This document shows positions 21,930 through 40,710 of a stretch of DNA of 64,000 nt, in pieces. Positions within the stretch are counted from its first letter, which is position 1, and every line of letters begins with the position of its first letter. The notes under the pieces are model-generated. The model worked only from the letters and a program-made list of their open reading frames with translations, was not told the origin of the DNA and did not search any database. The position numbers and the translations under genes were made by a program. Source of the stretch: the human T2T-CHM13v2.0 reference genome, Homo sapiens; assembly GCF_009914755.1 (NCBI RefSeq), contig NC_060936.1. The stretch is one strand, 5' to 3'.

Positions 21930-22427
21930 TGGTATGGCAGGCACACGCTTAAGGTGGCTTCCCATGACCCTTGCTGTAGAGAGTCACACTGCTGTACATT
22001 CTCCTCCCCCTGAGTGTGGACAGGACCTACGACTTGCTTCTAACTAAGAATTTGGTGAGGGTGATAGGATGTCACTCCCATGATCAAGCTACCTTATATA
22101 TGGCCCTGTCTTGTTAGGAGACACTCTAGAAACTTTCTTCCTTGCTGGCTTTGAACAAAGTAGCAATGTTGAGAGGTCCACATGGCAAGGAGCTGAGGAC
22201 CTCCAGCCAAAAGCTAGTAAGAAGGCAAGGCCCCCAGTCTTGCAAGTACAAGGAAATGAATTCCCAGATGAGCCTCTAGATGAGAACTCAGTACTTGCCA
22301 AAACTTTGATTATAGCCCTGCAGAGTCCCAGCTAACCCATGCCTGGACTCTGGAGATAATAAATGTATGTTGTTTTAAGCTGCTAAGTTTGTGGTAATTT
22401 ATTATGCAGAAATGGAAAACTAATACA
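21930..22427 (+). mobile_element. MaLR solo LTR (MLT1F/G-like)
   Basis: 5' 'taaggtggcttcccatgaccc' and 3' 'aataaatgtatgttgttttaagctgctaagtttgtggtaattt...aactaataca'. Confidence 0.8.
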
Positions 22428-22949
22428 CATGCGCTCTGTGAATTTTTAAAGTGTATCTTTAATTATATTAATTTCTTATAAATTTCATGAAAATAATTAT
22501 ATATTGTTTAGTGGGAAATTTAAGATCTAACATTAAATTAGAAATATTTGTTAAGCAACAGTAGGTTTATATAAATACATCCTTATAAAGACTACCAAGT
22601 AATTTTTTAAAAAACTAGAATTGTTTCCTATCTCAGTGAAAAAAAAGAGGAAAAAAATCCAACTAGAATGTTTAACATTCAAATGAGATTTTGCTTAAAA
22701 TATAGTTACATTGGAATCCTACTATATTCTTATCTAAGTTGTTATTAATGTTGCTCAAAATATATTACATTTCTCCTTTATACCAATTTAGGACCAGTTT
22801 AGTAGCCACACAAGAAGATCAACCATAATACTGAATAGCCATGACTAGACCTATATTTTCAAAGATAAAACTGGTGTTCACCAACTTAATCACCTAACTG
22901 ATCCACAAAACATGTCTTCCAATGATTTGATTATTTACAAAATAAATCA

Positions 22950-23520
22950 GGGTTGTGGGGGTGAGGGACTATAAAACTACATTTTGGGTACACTGTATAC
23001 TGCTCAGGTGATGGGTGCACTAAAATCTTAGACTTTACCATTATACAACTCATCCATGTAACCAAAACCCACAGGTACCCCAGAAGCAATGAAAATTAAA
23101 AAAAAATAATCCAACTCCAACTCAAAAGCTGTAGTCTGCCATTACTGAGAGTACTGAGGCTCTAAATGTAATTCTAAAAAGAGGAGTTTCTAAAAATATT
23201 TTAAACATTACTAGAATAAGAACACAACTTCCCAGTTCCTCAAAAAGTTAAACATAGAATTACCATATGAGCAAGCAATTCTACTTCTGGGTATAAACCC
23301 AAGATAAATGAAAACATATGTCCACACAGAAATTTGCACATGAATATTTCTGTCAGCATAATTCGTAATAGCCAAAAGGTGGAAACAACCCAATATTCAA
23401 CAAGAGATGGGTGGATAAACTGTGGTATACACAAACAATGAAATATTATTCAGACATAACAAGAAACGAAGTATGGATACGTGCTGTAATTTCCATGAAC
23501 CTCTAAAACACTGTGTTTCA
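22950..23520 (+). mobile_element. Old L1M 3' fragments
   Basis: 'tgctcaggtgatgggtgcactaaaatc' and 'aagttaaacatagaattaccatatga...ggaaacaacccaa'. Confidence 0.75.
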
Positions 23521-24279
23521 ACTGGGAATATACTCGTAACTTTACATAAGAAACATGATCTTGATCAAATGTTTAGAGTTCTTTCCTTCCACTATGTATG
23601 CTAGAACACCTCCTCAGTAAAAAAGCAAGAGAACCAAATTAAAAACTACTCTGCTGGCCACAAAACTAGCACAGGCGGACCTCACTAATAAACTGATCAT
23701 AACGGAGTAGCCAAAATGGCAATGCTGTTTGTTCTTTGACATCTAAATTTGAGGAAATGGGATAGGATATCAACAAAGTCTGTGGATTACACCATTAGCA
23801 GGTCTAAGCATACAGGCTATTATCACTATTTAAAGTTTTCTTTTAAAGGAAGTTTAAAGGAAAGACAACCTACTATCAGTGATATCAGCTGTGCATAACC
23901 AACCAATGCCTACAAATAAACCGTGCAGATCACTAAATGCTAACAAAATGCCCAAAATATCCTGTGGACTTCTTCCCTCTGGCAAGGATCTTGCTCAAAG
24001 TCATTTTAAAAAATTCATGTGTGTCCAACTTATCTTTACTTTCTATCACTGCTATTAAATGTTCTCTAAACCTTTCAATAGCCATTTTCTAAATGACTTA
24101 GGTCAGACGGGAGACCAAGCAAGATTGTGAGGCATCAGCCACATCCATCATCAGTATTAAAATTCATGACTTAATAGTTGTGGGAAATGACATCTTCCTT
24201 TATGAAAGAAAAACGGTGTATTATATGCATATGAATAATTCAGCCTCTATCACATTGCAAATTTAATGGAAACACTTAC

Positions 24280-24407
24280 TTCTTTGAGAGCAGCTGGGAT
24301 TTTTTTCTGTTTCCTCCCTGATGGAATGCTATGTAAGACTGATGATAAGGCACTTGAAGGAGATTTGTGATTTCCAGGAGATCCAATCCTAGGGGAGTGC
24401 TGGTGAT
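24280..24407 (-). CDS. FGD6: FGD6 exon (linker): (D)HQHSPRIGSPGNHKSPSSALSSVLHSIPSGRKQKKIPAALKE
   Basis: 128 nt, phase 1 to 0, ag/gtaagt boundaries. Confidence 0.94.
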
Positions 24408-25489
24408 CTAGAACAAATCAGGCATGCTTATGTAGGCAATGCTCAGCATTTTGCAATTCAATTTCATTCAAATCCATAAACACTGTTGCATAAAATATCC
24501 ATGGAAGGACACTAAGAAACAACATTGATAACTCCTGGAAAAGGACAATGGATGGCTGGGAGTTGAGTGGCAGGAAGACTTTCTACTATCTATGGTTTTA
24601 TACTTTTTGAACTTTATGTGAAAGGATTACTCTTGTGTGCCTTTAGAATTATGAAACACGTGACTATACTACCAACTTAAAAAAAATCCAAAAAACCTTC
24701 CCTACTGCCGTAAACCCCAAAGAACCCTGGTATTGTTAAGTGTCTAGATACTAGACCAGCTACAATGAACAAAGCAGCTTAAAAAAGGGGGCTATCGGAC
24801 ACGGATGAAGAAGTAATGAATTCTGATTGCAGAGGGTTCAGGGAAAGCTGAGAAGATAATAAGATAAAAGCTGGCCATGATGGAGTAAGTAGGAATTTGC
24901 CAGGTTAAAACAAGCAGGAGGAACACTGTGCGCTAAGAGGTCAGCATGAGCAAAGGCAGAGAGGTATGAAATTAAATCATCTATCTGGAGAATAATGAGG
25001 CCAGATTAAAAAAAGGGGGCTGGTTTGAAGCAAACTGGACTGTTGTTTATATGTTTTAGGCTGGGGAGTGACATGAGCAGATTAAATTTGGAAAAATAGA
25101 TTATATCTGGCAGTACTAAGGAGAAAGGACTAACAGCAAGAAAACTTGTTAGGAAATTATTATAGTTGTCTAGATGAGAGATAACGAAGGCCTTATTAGG
25201 GCTGGGATGGAGAAATCAAGACAAAGATTTTTGATGATAAAATTGACAAGAGTTACTGACCAAATGGGTATAGGTGATGAGGAAGGAGAATTCAAAGACG
25301 AATTTTGAATGTTTGCAGCTTATACCATATACCCAGACTAAAGAGAGGAACATAAAGGAAGAGATGGATGGGTCTTCTTGGAAAATGTACACAAATAATA
25401 ATAAATTATTCATCTAGAAATATGTGGACTCTGAAATACCATGTCATCCACTTAGAAATTCCTCCTTGCTAATGAAAAGCTATCCTTCA

Positions 25490-25663
<174 letters not shown>

Positions 25664-26417
25664 TTAGCCTGGCGTGGTCACGCGTGCCCGTAATCCCAGC
25701 TACTCAGGAGGCTGAGGTACGAGAATCGCTTGAACCCGAGAGGCAGAGGTTGCATATTGTGTCACTGCACTCCAGCTTGGGCAACAGTGCAAGACCCCAT
25801 CTCAAAAAATATATATAAATAAAATTTAGATCCTACAGGTTTCAGGAATTTAACTAAAAATCTCTTCCCAAAACATAGACCTGAGCAGTCCTGCTAAGCT
25901 GCATTCATTTTACTGGAGGATACCTGCAAATAATGAGCAGGGAAATAGGAAGTATCATTTTTGTGTTCGGTCAAAAAGCTGCACATTCAGATGTACATTA
26001 ACATCTCACTAAATCAGATTAACTGACTAGAATTAAGCTAACGAAGTGCCACCTAAGTAAAGAGAATTACTTTACATATAGATAAAATGATTTGTAATGA
26101 GCACACTATCATGTGAAACTATAGACTTCAAAATTACTTGAAAGTTAAAGTTCCCTTTTACTGTTTTAAGTGTTTTACCCTGTAATTACATTTCTACAGT
26201 TTTCTTAGCAAAACCTTTTACACAGACTGAAACCAAATTTCAGCCCAACCTCTCCCAGAATTACAACAAAATATGAATTAAGAAAGCTTACTACAAATTT
26301 GGAGATAAGTATCAACAATCATATTGCTAATGTACCGAAGGTGTTTCTCTCAGAAGGTTGTTTGAAAGCATCTGGGGAATAAAGGAATTTTTGGTTAAAT
26401 CCTTACTTATATATTAC

Positions 26418-26520
26418 CTAATTTCTGCAGTTCTTGGAAACAATGTTCACATACTCTTGCTGGTTGATTTTTCAGGTAATCTAAGCCATACTTATTAGAC
26501 GAACAAGCTTGGCATACAAT
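26418..26520 (-). CDS. FGD6: FGD6 exon (FYVE C-terminal half): IVCQACSSNKYGLDYLKNQPARVCEHCFQELQKL
   Basis: 103 nt; RVC motif and CxxC pairs; ag/gtaa boundaries. Confidence 0.96.
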
Positions 26521-27409
26521 CTGAAAACACATTGGAATTATGTCATTAATTTCATTAGAATAACTTGTGTTTCTACACCATAAAGTATGTTACAATTTAC
26601 AGTGCTATCCACTTTTCAAAACAGTTTCAGAGTCACTGAGTCTCACTTCGTCTCAATAATAACTCTGGAGTTCAGGCATATAGTGAACTAATGCATAGTA
26701 CCACACTTGAAAGATGAAGGGGCCACAGATGATTACTTACAGAGGGCTGACTACATAAAATAATAAAGTAAAGCAGTTAATATATGCAAAATGCTTAGAA
26801 CCGTACCTGGCATGCAAAAAGGCCTGTGAGGTATACTGATCACCAGCACTGTCATCATCATAATCACTGCTGCAGCAACGACCACGTCTCTGCAACTCTA
26901 CCAAGTTTTTGGGCTCCATACTAAATGCTCTCTAAATACAACCTCATTTAATTTTTAGAGTGACTCTCTGATGTCACTGTTTCTACACCCATTTTACTAA
27001 TGAGATCATGAAGGCTTAGAAACATCACTAGAGATAACTTCAACACTGAACATTCCCCGTACTGAATACTATGGATACTTAGTACTAGAGAGATGCAGTT
27101 TAAATAATAGCTGTAAATGTGAGGGCCTGTTTAATTGTGGATTTGTTAGATTTTGTTTTTGAATCAGTTATTACTGATGTTCTAATGTAACTCTGAAGTA
27201 GGAGGGTGGAAGTTCACTAAGAAGATTGCCCCTGCCCCCTAAATATTTAGAGAAAACACCATTCATGTTTGCTACCATTAACATAATAATAATAATAGTT
27301 ATTGTTATTCTTGAACTATAATGGTTTATGAGGGGAAATATGCTTCCTCACTATGTACAGCCTGGAGACAGTAAAGACCACAATGGAGATGGGTGTTATC
27401 ATCGCCAAC

Positions 27410-27556
27410 CTTTCCACAGGCCCGGCAGTGGTGTCGTCTCCAGGTGAGAGTGAATTCGCTTGTGCAGATCATACACATTGTGGCTCTGGTATCAGGAATC
27501 CAGATGGGAGCCTTCGATCCAAGAGGACTAACTTCTTCTTTATTTTCTGAGTCTGC
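27410..27556 (-). CDS. FGD6: FGD6 exon (FYVE N-terminal half): [49 protein letters not shown]
   Basis: 147 nt; WxxD and RRHHCR FYVE signatures; ag/gttggc boundaries. Confidence 0.97.
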
Positions 27557-27635
27557 CTGTGGAAGAAGAACAACTTCTGATTATCTCCATGCACACTGCC
27601 TGCCTTTTTATTCGGCAGTGGCATCTCACACTACC

Positions 27636-28936
<1,301 letters not shown>

Positions 28937-29303
28937 CTAAGTTTAGCTACAATCTAAAAATTTTCTAATACAAAATTAACTTAAAAAGACGCCTGTGGTA
29001 GTGGGATGGCAGCTGATTAGTTTCTGCCTTAAACTGTTTCGTATTTTCTAAATTTCCTACAATGAAGTTTTATAGCTGGGAAGAAACATGAATATGCTAT
29101 ATGCTATCACAGACTTGCAGTGAGACAACAATAGGAGGATAAACTTTTAGCGCTGAAATGAGACATTAATCTGTAGAGTAACTCTCTGATGTCCAGTCCA
29201 ATCATTTTCTGAAACACATGTTGCTTTCTTAAACCCCTGTGAAATGTTTAAGGTAAAAACTTTGAAATGCACTGGAAAAAAAAAAAAAAGGAGAAAACAA
29301 TAC

Positions 29304-29406
29304 CTCATCAAGACTCCTACTAGGACAGAAGGTGATTCTTTTCTTGGCATACTCTTCTATTGCCCTGGAAATCGCTTCTAGCCATTCATCCCTTTCTGTG
29401 GCAGAA
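29304..29406 (-). CDS. FGD6: FGD6 exon (PH1 C-terminal helix): (S)SATERDEWLEAISRAIEEYAKKRITFCPSRSLDE
   Basis: 103 nt, phase 2 to 0; visible within ORF 29229..29510. Confidence 0.95.
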
Positions 29407-30332
29407 CTGTTGGGGGCAAAAGGTTTCATCAACCAGATGTCAGTTTTTGTTCTTTTCCTTTTTCTTCTTTTCTTTCTCCCATGGCAACAGATCCCACCAC
29501 CCTCCAACAATACCAGTCAAAAAAGTAGCAACTCCTCAGAGTTGAGGCAGGTTTAGTGAACAGATCATCAGAACAGACAACAGAGAACCCGTGATGGCAT
29601 TTTAGCAAATACAATGCTTATTTTTTCTTTCCAAAAGTTCTGCTTTATATTAAATAGCTTTTGAACTCTCCTAAACTTGAAAATATTTTTGGTTTGGTTT
29701 AAAGGATAATTGTACAATTAATAATTATGATTATTTATATAGCCAGGGAGTTTCTTAAGACATCATCCTAGAATTTAAAAACATTCCAATAAGTCAAGTT
29801 TCAAATTCCAATTTATAGCATAGAATACTAAATATCTTTAGATTACTAAGGATTACTAAAATTTTCTAGGAAGGGCACTGGGGTGAAGGGAACATATTTT
29901 TTTGTATTAGAAAGCAGATGTTGACAATGAGGTTCACACGGTAAAGGCTGCAGTTTTTGTTAGGGCTTCTCTACCTATTTCACCCACCAAGTTCTCTGTC
30001 CCTACCCAGCTCATCAGGAGGTATCTTTAATTCAGCGCTAGATGGGAATGGGCCAAATAGGGGCAAACTTGGTCAGACAAGGGTATTTTTTTTTTTCTGT
30101 TTTTCCAACCATGCCTTTTTCCCAAAACCATGTTAACTCCAAATCATTACTGGTATCAGCATACTTATGAAACCACTGTTTAAATTTTGTTTTGTATATT
30201 TAAAACTGAGAGGCACATGTTAGGTATTATAAATAAAAATAAATATATAAATCTATACATACACAGTACAGAAAGAGCAGAAAAGAGGAAGGGAGAGGGA
30301 ATGAGAGAAAGAAAGACTTTAATAAATAATTA

Positions 30333-30804
<472 letters not shown>

Positions 30805-32059
30805 TCAGTGGCAAAATCTTGATGATTATTTTTAGTTTGGGTGCCTGAATATACAGTTTCTGGTATTATTTGCCCTAACTTTAAGTATATTTGAACTCTT
30901 AAAGAGTGTTTCTAAAATAAAAAATTCCACCATTAATAATGGTACATATAGACATATGTTGCTGTATTTTAGAGAACCCAGGTCAGATCAAGAATAGAAA
31001 CCACTCACCTTCCCTACAATCATCATTCTCAGAAAGCGCCTCCCTAATCCATGGCTTGAGTGCCATTTAGAATGTTCATTCATGTGGATTAAAAAAGGTA
31101 GAGATCCACTTTACAAATAAAATTTTAAATCAAATTAATTTCTCAAATTTTCATTACATACAAAGAACAGCAAAAAAGAAATAATCTCTTTCTCTCTAAA
31201 CCAAACAAAACCCTGCCTTATTTACCGCTACTATTCTAGCATTACTGCCAAAACAAGATGCCATTTAACAGTTACTACGTCAGCCAACTCTGCTAAATGC
31301 TTAGCAAATGTCACCATGTCTCACCCTCAGAGCTTCCCCATGGAATACACATTGGATCTTACACCCCTTGCCCCCAACTACAACATCATCACCCACCTTC
31401 ACCATTTACAGGTAAGGAAACTGAGAATTAGTAATGTTTGATAATTTGCTTTATAGACAACAGACTAAGTGATGAGCTGTTATTAAACCCAAGTGTAGTT
31501 AAGGACTGGACCTCTCACCACCAGGTCATTGCTAGCCTCTGCTCATGTTCTCTGCAGAACTACATGATGAGAATACATGCTCAGGGTTCCAAGCAAACAT
31601 TCATAAAACATTACCATCTCTCCCTCCCTCCCCGGCTCCTCACCAGAAGAGTAACAGAAAGCAGAGAGGCAGATGGTAAATTTGAGAATTGCTGTTGGAT
31701 TCTTCTGGAGCCCGGGGAGCATGTGGAATGTGATTCAACTGTGTAAATCATGTCACATATGCTGTTCTTTCATTTAATCATTCCTGGCTCTCTCCTGTGT
31801 GGGGTTCTGCCAAGACAATGTTTACCAGCTCTTGATAACACATTTCTCACAGACCACACACATTTGCCCGCAGCATCCAGTGGAGATATTCTAGTCTCCT
31901 TTTGTAACATGATTAGCAGAAGAATCAGCATCTTCTTCAAACTGAAAAACTGTTAAGTCAAGTATTATTTTCTTTATAGAATGTGTATAGTACAAGAAAG
32001 CAAATTTGTGTCAAGTAAGTACCACTTTCCCAATGACTGGGATGAATTGCCAAGGGTTA

Positions 32060-32239
<180 letters not shown>

Positions 32240-32242
32240 TCA

Positions 32243-32473
<231 letters not shown>

Positions 32474-32699
32474 TCACTGGGAGCCTACTAAGCCAGGACC
32501 TAAGCCAAGAACTGGGCACACAAAATATACCTCACTTGTAAGGATGCACACTGAATTGAGGTGAAACATGTATTAACATATGATATGACAAATGTAGATA
32601 AATAACATAGAAGTAGTAAATTACCTTATGTAAGTAGCAGGGATGGCTCTGCAAAGGTGATGACAAAGTTAGGACTTAAAGAGTTACAGGAGTTTGGCA

Positions 32700-33761
<1,062 letters not shown>

Positions 33762-33777
33762 TAATGTAAAATATTAA

Positions 33778-33885
<108 letters not shown>

Positions 33886-35159
33886 TGACTTGACCCTTTT
33901 AATTTTTAATCCACTGTGTCCCGATGCGCAGCACAATGCCTGGCCCAAGGTAGAGGCTCCATATTCCTTACTGAACGAAGGGATGAACTGCAGGTGGAGG
34001 TAACACCTGTGGAAGGCAGATGGCTGTGGAGTTGTCTGGCATGCATGGAGTCACACGCAGATCCGTGCTGATGGAGCATGCAGTGTGTTGGTGGGAAGAG
34101 ATGGAGAGACTCCTTACCCACTTTAATATGGGATGCAGTACCTGCCTAACTGGTTGGAGGAATCTGGAAGGAGAGCATGGCATACCGATGACATTCAATA
34201 TGCCTTAGCTCTCTTTCCCTCATGCCAGCTTGATCCTCCCTTGGAAATTTATTTTTCCTTTATCAAGAACTTTTCAGTTCAATGATTTCCCCTGCAGAGC
34301 CCACATTCAGCCCATTAGTAATCCTATTGGGTTTTTTTCTGATTCATACCATTGTTCATCACTTTAACCCAAGACACACCATCATCTGCTGGGCACTCAC
34401 TACCTGGCTGCCCAACTTCTACTGTAGTCTCCTGATGGTCTGTCTTCTACAAAGAAGCCGGTGTGATCTTTCACAAACATAAATTAGATATTATCACTTA
34501 GCTGAAAACTCTTAAAAATTCAATGACCTTACTATGGGTGGCCCCTAACTCTTGCCCCTAAACTGTAACTCACATTTAATCTCCCCTGGTACTAGGGGAG
34601 TACTAGGCTCTCCCCGGAGTACTAGGCTCTACCTATATTGGAATTCTTGCTGTTTCTTTAACATACTATACCCTTTCCTGCCTCCCTGGTATGTCTTTTG
34701 TTCCTGCTGTTCCTTCCATCTGGGATTTGCTTCTGGTCTCTGATGCTCCTCAGAGATAACTTTTCTGATCCCCCCCCCACCCCATATAAGTTCTTGACCT
34801 CATCACTTTCTATCTGCTCAGCCTACTTTATTCTTCTTTATAACATTGAATACTCCAAATTATTTCTATGTGCATAGATATAAATAAACCTGATTATTAT
34901 GTATCTCCCACTTTAGAATAAAAGCTTATCCTTAAGGACAGGGATTGCACACCCCCAGCTCCTGGACAGGGTAGGTGATGCCCAGTAAACATTTGTTAAT
35001 GGTTGATAGCAGACAATCGCCTTCCCTCATAGCTCTCCATATGCCAGTCTCCAAACAATGACTTTCTCTCATCACTAAAGTTAGTTTGACTCAGCAATGA
35101 TTGCTCTCAGTTATCACTGCTTATCACTAAGCCCCAGACTACTAACAAAAGCACAAACA

Positions 35160-35765
35160 GGACTGCCCAGACCAGCTGGCTGCTTGCTGCCGTGGCTACA
35201 CTGTCTCGCCCACCATGTCACTACTGCTGCCATCCACAAGGCTCCCAACTCGGAGGCTAATCGCACTGTTGGCTGTTATCTGTTCCCACGACTTTCTAGG
35301 AGACTCCTGTGGCATTCTTTTTTCCCACCCTCGGGACTCTAAACCAGTGTGCACTATGGAGCTTGGCAGAGCTGCAAAGCTGGCACCAGAATTCACCAAG
35401 AGCAATGTGAAGTTGATTGCCCTTGCAACAGACAGTGCTGAGGACCATCTTGCCTGGAGCAAGGATATCAATGCTTACAATAGTGATGAGCGAACAGAAA
35501 AATGCCCTTTTCCCAACATTGATGGTAAGGATCAGGACCTTGCCGTCTTGTTGGGCATGCTGGATCCTCCTGAGTTGGAAGAAAAGGGAATGGGTGTCAG
35601 AGCTTATGGTGTTTATTTTTGCTCCTGACAAGAAACTGAAGCTGTCTACCCAGCTACCACTGGCAGGAACTTGGATGAGATTCACGGGGTAGTTATCTCT
35701 CTCTAGCTGACAGCGGAAGAGAGGTTGCCACCTTGATTGATAAGAAGAATGGAAATAGTTATGTT
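35160..35765 (+). pseudogene. PRDX6 (1-Cys peroxiredoxin) processed pseudogene, 3'-truncated, antisense to FGD6
   Basis: Intronless; HDFLGDSCGILFSHPRD..PVCTMELGRAAKLAPEF..EDHLAWSKDINAYN; frameshifts near both ends; homology stops at an Alu near 35766. Confidence 0.93.
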
Positions 35766-35885
35766 GCTGGGCATGGTGGCTCACGGCTGTAATCCCAGCA
35801 CTTTGGGAGGCCAAGGCGAGTGGATCACTTGAGGTCAGGAGTTCAAGACCAGCCTGGCCAACATGGTGAAACCCCATCTCTACTA

Positions 35886-36014
<129 letters not shown>

Positions 36015-36385
36015 TCACTGCACTCCTGGGCAACAGAGCGAGACTCTGTCACAAAAAAGAAAAAAGTCACAGAAATATAAATCTTGATCAGAGCTGTTCA
36101 TTACACCTGTCTGGTACTGATCTGGAAATCATGAACATCCAGATATTCACCTAACAACCAAGGAAAGAAACATTCACTATAATTTCTTGAATTATTTAAT
36201 CTTAATAAAATAGATTACTGTTTTTCACCAAGGCTCATTTTTACTTGGGAAATAGAAGTGCAATTAAAACTTGACTTTTCTATAGGCATTTCTGCCTTGG
36301 AATTTTGAAAATAACCTCTTGATTTTAAGAACCAAGCTCAAGCACTCACTGGGAACATGATATACATGGTCTTAATGTTCTTTGA

Positions 36386-36628
<243 letters not shown>

Positions 36629-36852
36629 TGATCCACCTGCCTCGGCCTCCCAAAGTGCTGGGATTACAGGCATGAGCCACTTAGCACCGGCCTTGTTCTC
36701 TGAACTTTTGTTCAAACTCCTCTATCCCTCAAAAACGAAAAAAGGGCTGAACGCAATCCTGCCTGTAGCACTTTGGGAGGCCGAGGTGGGCGGATCACCT
36801 GAGGTCAGGAGTTCAAGACCAGCCTGGCCAATATGGTGAAAGGTCATCTCTA

Positions 36853-36996
<144 letters not shown>

Positions 36997-38223
36997 TTAA
37001 AAACTTAGCTGGGCATGGTGGCGCATGCCTGTAGTCCCAGCTTCTTGGGAGGCTGAGGCACAAGGATCGCTTGAAGCCGGGAGGCGGGGGCTGCAGTCAG
37101 CCGAGATCGTGCCACTGCACTCCAGCCTGGGTGACAGAGCGAGACCCTTTCTCAAAAAAAAAAAAAAAAAAAACACAACAACAATAAAGGAAAAGAAAAG
37201 AAAAAGTCACAATGCTAAGTGATTGAGAGTTTACCTGCACTCTCTAAATATTGGTATCTGGTGGATGCTTCAGGTACCCCCAAGAAATTTGCTTGTTCTG
37301 ACTGCTAGCTGCGAAGCATTTGACAAACCCTAGACACAGGTATTTGTCTTCTCCTGTCATCCTGTATGTCAGGCAGCAGTAGCCATTGCATTTCAGAGGA
37401 GTAGCACACCCCAGGATGACTCTTGTGGTCCTCTGATTTTGGGAAGTCAGACATTTGGTTTGAGTCCTTGACATTCATGGACGTAAGCAAAATTATAAAG
37501 GTTGTCAGAAACACCTAGGTTCAAATCACAGCTCCATTGCTTACTACTCGTGTAACCTTAGATGTGTTATTGAACCTCTCTGAGCCTCCATTTTTCTAAT
37601 CTGGAAGATCAAGATAATATCCACCCCACAAAGTTATCATAGGACTTAAAAGAGAAAATAAATATAAAACGAAACATGAGCACTGTGACTGATGCAGAGT
37701 AATAAATGATTCTGGCCACTACTCCACCTGCTCCTAAGATCCTAGTTGATTTCAGTGGTATGGACAATTGGAAACAGACTGCCTGGTTTCAAATCCTGGC
37801 TCTGCTAGTATAGCTGAGTGGCTTTTCTCAGCATAGAATGGGTATAATAACGACAACTTGCCTTACAGGTTGCTGTGAAGATGAAACGAAGTACTACACA
37901 TAAAGTCTTTATGATGGTGCCTGGCATACAGTAAGTGTTACAAAAGCGTTTGCTTCTATTTTTATTAGATCAAAGGTTAGGTCTGAGAAGACAGTGTCTC
38001 ATTATTTAGATTGTGCAGTGGAGCATGCTATGACTATTGGCATCTCTCCCTTCACCAGTCAAACCTTCCCAAATACCCACTTCCGCCACTCAGTCAGTAA
38101 CTCAGTAATGTATTTTTATGAGTCATAGAGTTTCAGGTTTCCTCAGCACTTGAATTACATTATGGCAACATATTAAGTCACTGCAGGTTCCGGTCTGGGG
38201 CAAGGTGGTATCATAAATAATAA

Positions 38224-38421
<198 letters not shown>

Positions 38422-39187
38422 TAGTAGAGATGGGGTTTCACCATGTTGGCCAGGCTGGTCTCAAACTCCTGACCTCAGGTGATCCACCCGCCTTGGCCTC
38501 CCAAAGTGCTTGATTACAGGCGTAAGCTACTGCACCCAGCCCATAACAATGGACTTAAAAGCAAAAGACTTCGATTTGCATCCTGGCTGTGTCAAATATG
38601 TATCCGTAAGACAGCAACTCCATTTTTCTGTAATTTAGTTTCCTAATTTTTAGAAGGAGATTACACCTACCTCATAGGTTTGTTAGAACCTTTAAGTGAC
38701 ACCTACAAATTTCCTAATAACCTATAAAGCACTAGTTGTTCTTAAAAACAATTTGAAATAGCCACTTAAAAAATGATCAGCAAAGCACTTTCACCATTGT
38801 TATTCTATTCAGAAGAACATTTTAATCTCTGTGCTTCTAGCATACTGTTGCCTCTGCTCTCAGCCACTTCCTTGCATGGTAAATCAAGAGTAAAACTGCA
38901 CGGTATTGGGAAAGAAGAAAAAGAAGAACAAAAAGTCAGTAGCTAACCTAAGTGCAAAAAGTGTTGGCAATATCTTTCCCTGTTATACTCACAAAAATCT
39001 ATGTTTATGTATTCTTAAAAATAGGCCGGCACAGTGACTCACACCTGTAATCTCAGCACTTTGGGAAGCTAAGGTGGGAAGATTGCATGAGCTCAGGAGT
39101 TCAAGATCAGCCTGGGGAACATATGGAGACCCCATCTCTAAAAAAAAATTTTTTTTTTTTGAGACAGAATCTCTCTCTGTCACCTAG

Positions 39188-39337
<150 letters not shown>

Positions 39338-39423
39338 TAATCATGTTCATGTTAGCTAGGCTGGTCTCAAACTCCTGACCTCAAGTGATCTGCCCAGCTC
39401 GGCCTCCCGAAGTCCTGGTATTA

Positions 39424-39654
<231 letters not shown>

Positions 39655-39711
39655 CTAGCAAGCAGACTCAGAATGAGAAAAAAAAAAAAAAAAGAAGAAG
39701 AAAAAATTTAC

Positions 39712-39791
39712 CTGGCTGAGAGAATGAAGGAACGTTCTACACTTTCAATCTTTAATTCATTCTGATAGGCTTCTTGGGTAGGTTTTCTGAC
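39712..39791 (-). CDS. FGD6: FGD6 exon (PH1): VRKPTQEAYQNELKIESVERSFILSA(S)
   Basis: 80 nt, ag/gtaa boundaries. Confidence 0.95.
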
Positions 39792-40608
39792 CTGGAAGAA
39801 AGCACAACAATTTGAGCCGACTCATCCTACTGAAAACCATATCAATGAGCTGAAGTTGTCCAATGGCCCTGGCTGCTTACATCCACAACCAATCTTCCTA
39901 TCCAGCTTTCTCTACTGCTGTTCTCCTTCATCTACTCTATGCTTCAGATGAATTGAAAAGCCCACACACCAGCCCACCTTTCCCACCTCCAGGACTTTGC
40001 TCACAGTATGCCCTCCACCTGGAATGCCTTTCCCTTACATCTCAGCATGGCCAAATGTGACCTATACTTTAAGGTCCACTGGCTCTTCCTCCTCTTTCTC
40101 CTTCTTTCCTAGCTGCTCTCAAAAGCTACAGGCCAGTCCCCACCATGACCATCAAACACTGCAAGTTCTTTATTTTCTGAATTCCCAAAACTGTAATTGT
40201 GCCTTTATAGTGATATTTATTACTGTCTACTTTATAGGTATTTACGTGTAGTGTACTGTCTTCCCAACTAGTTGCTAAGTCCCTGGGGGAGGAAAGACAA
40301 TAAGAATCATGCTTCAACTTATCTTCATATCTTCCACCAAACCCATTACTGTTTTGTTTATAGTAGTTCTCAATAAATATCCTATGAATACATTAATGCA
40401 TGAGTGAACAAATGACTACATGAATGAATAATCAAATGCATAAACAGGCAGGGCGCAGTGGCTCACGCCTGTAATCTCAGCACTTTGGGATGCGACGGTG
40501 GGTGGATCACTTGAGGTCAGGACTTTGAGACCAGCCTGGCCGACATAGTGAAACCCCGTCTCTGTGAAAAATACAAAAATTAGCTGAGCCTGTAGTCCCA
40601 TCTACTCA

Positions 40609-40710
<102 letters not shown>

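Noticed and set aside
29407-29510. Basic NLS-like extension (RKKRRKRKR) upstream of an FGD6 exon
   Set aside because: It comes from a purine-rich intronic tract; the canonical acceptor at 29407-29408 gives the correct phase.
29535-29570. TGATGA...CTGA on the minus strand, resembling a C/D box snoRNA
   Set aside because: The boxes are only ~35 nt apart, with no terminal stem or recognisable guide sequence.
31003-31060. Perfect donor AAG|GTGAGT on the minus strand, suggesting a cryptic exon
   Set aside because: There is no convincing acceptor adjacent to the pyrimidine tract, and isolated consensus donors are common.
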